The notes under the pieces: generated by a model | Databases searched by the model: none | What the model was told of the DNA's origin: nothing | Seen by the model: the letters and a program-made list of their open reading frames with translations, nothing else | Translations under genes and position numbers: made by a program | Part shown: piece by piece, positions 35,871 to 38,544 of the stretch | Position numbering within the stretch: position 1 is the stretch's first letter | How the letters are laid out: each line of letters starts with the position of its first letter | IMG/VR virus record: IMGVR_UViG_3300029183_000011 | Location: 1 to 38,544 of that record | Strand: one strand, 5' to 3' | Length of the DNA stretch: 38,544 nucleotides | DNA from: a virus | Lineage: Duplodnaviria > Caudoviricetes

Positions 35871-36334
35871 CCGTTATTTATCTCGCAACTACACGCATCA
35901 AATTCTGGCATATCTGGATGGATTAAAAGCCCATCCCATTCAATGCAAAAATGCCATCCTTGTTTAATTTCTTCTTTTGTTAACTGTGCATTTAGCGAAG
36001 ACATTAAGAAATAATACCTTTCAAAAGACATCGTTTTAATAAAAAGACTTTTTCTTGGTTTCATGTCACTTGGCCCATCTTCGTGGACCACAATATCCCA
36101 CTTTACCCAAAAGGTTATTTTTTTAAATAACACATCAAGCTCGACGAAGAGGTGTTTATATGATCTATGCCAACCGTTATTTGCATCAATTCTGTAGGTC
36201 CTAAAACCAAAAAGCTTTCCTCTATAAACAAACACGTTCCATGTATGTTTAAATATTGGCTTCCATTTAAGTTTCCACCATCCTGGTTCCACTTCGTTAT
36301 GTGGTTTTAGTTTATAGATAAAGCCGTAAGACAT
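35867..36334 (-). CDS. Trp-rich hypothetical protein
   Basis: 155 aa coupled to neighbours; C-terminal GWHFCIEWDGLLI...CSC. Confidence 0.6.
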   Translation of the reverse strand: MSYGFIYKLKPHNEVEPGWWKLKWKPIFKHTWNVFVYRGKLFGFRTYRIDANNGWHRSYKHLFVELDVLFKKITFWVKWDIVVHEDGPSDMKPRKSLFIKTMSFERYYFLMSSLNAQLTKEEIKQGWHFCIEWDGLLIHPDMPEFDACSCEINNG

Positions 36335-36672
36335 TATTTTTTAAATCTTTCTCTAAATTTATCACATGCATAATTGGCCCATTCTGACATTATTCTTTTA
36401 TCCATGGGCTTACTGGCCGATGCATATGCCGCTGCGACCTCGATCCATAAAAATTTTTCATATGATTCTATTGAGTGTGTTAATTTATGCTTTTTTTCGT
36501 CCACCAAAGATTGAAGATCGGCTTTCATTGCGCTCTCTTTTTTGGAAAACTCCAAAGTCATTTCCATGTTTTCAATTTTTTCCTGGCGAATTTCTTCTTT
36601 GTATTTCAGTCGTTGTTTATCCAAATCCGATTCTATTTTTTCTATCTCATCTGACATTTTACTCTCCATCAA
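36334..36672 (-). CDS. Hypothetical helical protein
   Basis: Tiles in early operon. Confidence 0.6.
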   Translation of the reverse strand: MMESKMSDEIEKIESDLDKQRLKYKEEIRQEKIENMEMTLEFSKKESAMKADLQSLVDEKKHKLTHSIESYEKFLWIEVAAAYASASKPMDKRIMSEWANYACDKFRERFKK

Positions 36673-36901
36673 TCTTTAAAGATTCAGCTATTCTTTTACC
36701 CAATTCTTCTGCACTACGAATTACTTCTTCGGATACTAGAGCAAGATATTCTTTACTTCTGTCTTCGTCTAAATTAAATCGAAATGATTCGTAGTCCCCA
36801 TTAATAAATCTTATACTGCCTGTATATTTACTATCTTCGCCGAGTTTTTTCTCTACTTTTAAATCGGCCAAGCGCCATTTGTTTTTGTTACTTTCACTCA
36901 T
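36659..36901 (-). CDS. Hypothetical protein
   Basis: ATGA coupling with upstream ORF. Confidence 0.6.
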   Translation of the reverse strand: MSESNKNKWRLADLKVEKKLGEDSKYTGSIRFINGDYESFRFNLDEDRSKEYLALVSEEVIRSAEELGKRIAESLKIDGE

Positions 36902-37122
36902 ACCAACTCAAAATTCTCTTGTGCTTCTTCTTTTAGGCGCTCCATTATTTCAGGACCATAGATCATTTTCTCTTTTGTATCCATATCAACGCATTTGATT
37001 ATTTTTATATCTGGTTTGTAGCGCAGTGGTGGACAAGACGGATAATAACTATACGCGACCTTGATTCGTCGACCAAGGACCTTGGTTTCATATCTATAAA
37101 CGTCGTCGTATTTAATGGTCAC
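36898..37122 (-). CDS. Hypothetical protein
   Basis: Tiles in early operon. Confidence 0.55.
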   Translation of the reverse strand: MTIKYDDVYRYETKVLGRRIKVAYSYYPSCPPLRYKPDIKIIKCVDMDTKEKMIYGPEIMERLKEEAQENFELV

Positions 37123-37393
37123 TGTCTTGTCCTGTAGCTTTGGATATTAAATCACCTAAGTAATTAAAGACATGACCACCTTGGTCACAAAAATAACGAT
37201 TACATTCTTTTAGCGCCTCTAACATTTCTGGTGCTGCTGCAATTAATCTGGCGTTGGCTTCATGCTCTTCGCCCTGTCCGCACAAACACACAAATCCTCT
37301 GGTCGATCCATATCCGTCTACTGATACAACACGAGTGTCTTTAAGGTAGTCGGTAACAGCCCACGGCCCTGGCGTATGATTATCCTTGCTCAT
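37112..37393 (-). CDS. Common phage early protein (HTPGPW / ANARLIAAAPE motif)
   Basis: HTPGPW and EANARLIAAAPEMLEAL; TAATG coupling at 37393. Confidence 0.75.
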   Translation of the reverse strand: MSKDNHTPGPWAVTDYLKDTRVVSVDGYGSTRGFVCLCGQGEEHEANARLIAAAPEMLEALKECNRYFCDQGGHVFNYLGDLISKATGQDSDH

Positions 37394-37620
37394 TATTCTT
37401 CGCACCCAGCACATAAATCAATTGCAGCTTCCCATTCAGCAGCCCTTTGATTAAGTTCGTTTTGTATTTCATCGGCTGTCTTAATAAACCCATCTTTGTT
37501 TTTATTAAATGGATTTAAGGTTTGATCAAATGTAATCTGTCTAATTTTTTGCTTATTGCATTTTTTACAAATAAAAATTGCCTTCGATTGTTTCTTAATT
37601 TGTTGAAATGTGACTCTCAT
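37393..37620 (-). CDS. Zinc-binding hypothetical protein
   Basis: CKKC...QTLNPFNKN.DG...CAGC. Confidence 0.65.
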   Translation of the reverse strand: MRVTFQQIKKQSKAIFICKKCNKQKIRQITFDQTLNPFNKNKDGFIKTADEIQNELNQRAAEWEAAIDLCAGCEE

Positions 37621-37718
37621 TATTCATCTTCCTCTTGTATAAACTGATTACCCACTTGCCAATGCCCTACAAAAATAACAACTAATAAAATTACTAGGAC
37701 CAAAATACACCAGATCAT
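37620..37718 (-). CDS. 32-aa single-TM peptide (not in ORF track)
   Basis: MIWCILVLVILLVVIFVGHWQVGNQFIQEEDE; ATGA and TAATG couplings at its two ends. Confidence 0.65.
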   Translation of the reverse strand: MIWCILVLVILLVVIFVGHWQVGNQFIQEEDE

Positions 37719-37951
37719 TTGACTATTTTCTTTGCGCCAGCCATATTAACAAGTGGTAATTTAGGAACAAGTCCTTGCACTTTTCCTGCTTCAATAGCCA
37801 CTTTTGTTAAGCCGATCATTTTACCTACTGTATTGGATATTTCTTTAGCTCGTTGAGTATTTACACTACCTTCATTCAATCCATTAACTTGGTCCATCAG
37901 CAACTGGTTAAGTCCTATATGGTCCCCTGTTTTTATTTTATCTTTAGCCAT
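37715..37951 (-). CDS. Small helical protein
   Basis: L..G......AKEISNTVGKMI; overlaps upstream zinc-finger gene. Confidence 0.6.
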   Translation of the reverse strand: MAKDKIKTGDHIGLNQLLMDQVNGLNEGSVNTQRAKEISNTVGKMIGLTKVAIEAGKVQGLVPKLPLVNMAGAKKIVK

Positions 37952-38531
37952 TTTCTTTTCTCCACATTGTTCGTTTTAATAAGAGATTTGCCCTTTGCAA
38001 ATCAACAAGCTCCTGTGTTATGTCACAATTCTTAAGTCCTGATCTAAGACAAATTAATTTTCGAGAATATGAATCTGTAATTTTTTCTCTTGATTTTTTT
38101 CGTGAGATCAAATTTTGTTGTTTGTTGCGTTCGATATATTCTTTCTGTTTACGGTTATAATATGCTCTTGGATATTTCTTTCTACGTTCGATATATCTTT
38201 CATTATCACATACTTTGCACCGAGAAGACAAATATTGCCCTTTACGATAAAAATATTGGGAAGAATTTATTTTAAGTTGCTTACAGCACTTACAATAAAA
38301 ATTAACAAGCTCATGACGCTTAAATACAACGCATGTTTTATGCTTAACGGTATTTTTTATCCGCTTTCCGCCTAGATTTTTTATAACACCACGCCTTACT
38401 TTGCTTGCATATACTCTTTTATTTTCACAATCTTTGCAATAACTACATAAACCATCTTTCTTTGATCTATGTAACCCAAAACAATGAGTTGTTTTTTCAC
38501 GTTGGCAGCAAGCGCATCGTTTAGTTTCCAC
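37944..38531 (-). CDS. Basic multi-zinc-finger putative DNA-binding protein
   Basis: KRCACC...F......DGL.SYCKDC and CKCC...F......SRCKVC; RBS GGAG before GTG. Confidence 0.65.
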   Translation of the reverse strand: METKRCACCQREKTTHCFGLHRSKKDGLCSYCKDCENKRVYASKVRRGVIKNLGGKRIKNTVKHKTCVVFKRHELVNFYCKCCKQLKINSSQYFYRKGQYLSSRCKVCDNERYIERRKKYPRAYYNRKQKEYIERNKQQNLISRKKSREKITDSYSRKLICLRSGLKNCDITQELVDLQRANLLLKRTMWRKENG

Positions 38532-38544
38532 CTCTTATTCTCCA

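Noticed and set aside
197-38375. Many short antisense or nested ORFs in the six-frame track (e.g. 4954-5277, 9850-10299, 21518-21874, 36366-36794)
   Set aside because: They are shadows of well-supported genes on the opposite strand or frame and have no motifs
1-38544. Stop-codon reassignment suggested by the odd tRNA-like gene
   Set aside because: Core genes are full length in the standard code and end in TAA, TAG and TGA alike

Overview
Near-complete, AT-rich tailed-phage (siphovirus-type) contig with two convergent arms. The + strand (about 18-23399) is morphogenesis: small and large terminase, HK97-type portal, S49 protease, HK97-fold capsid, neck genes, a 1540-aa fibre cassette placed before the tail tube, tail chaperones with a -1 frameshift, a short tape measure, non-canonical tail-tip proteins and membrane/lysis-like genes. 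The - strand (23427-38531) is replication and early genes: nuclease, PolA, UvrD-like SF1 helicase, AEP primase, SSB-like protein, SNF2 helicase and many small ORFs. No integrase, repressor or recognisable endolysin is visible. Bases 1-17 are a random-amplification primer artefact. The most unusual element is a 179-nt CCA-ending tRNA-like RNA (29827-30005, -) with two large structured insertions and a truncated anticodon arm, which fills an intergenic gap in the replication operon. All protein calls come from motifs read by eye and gene order; no searches were run.
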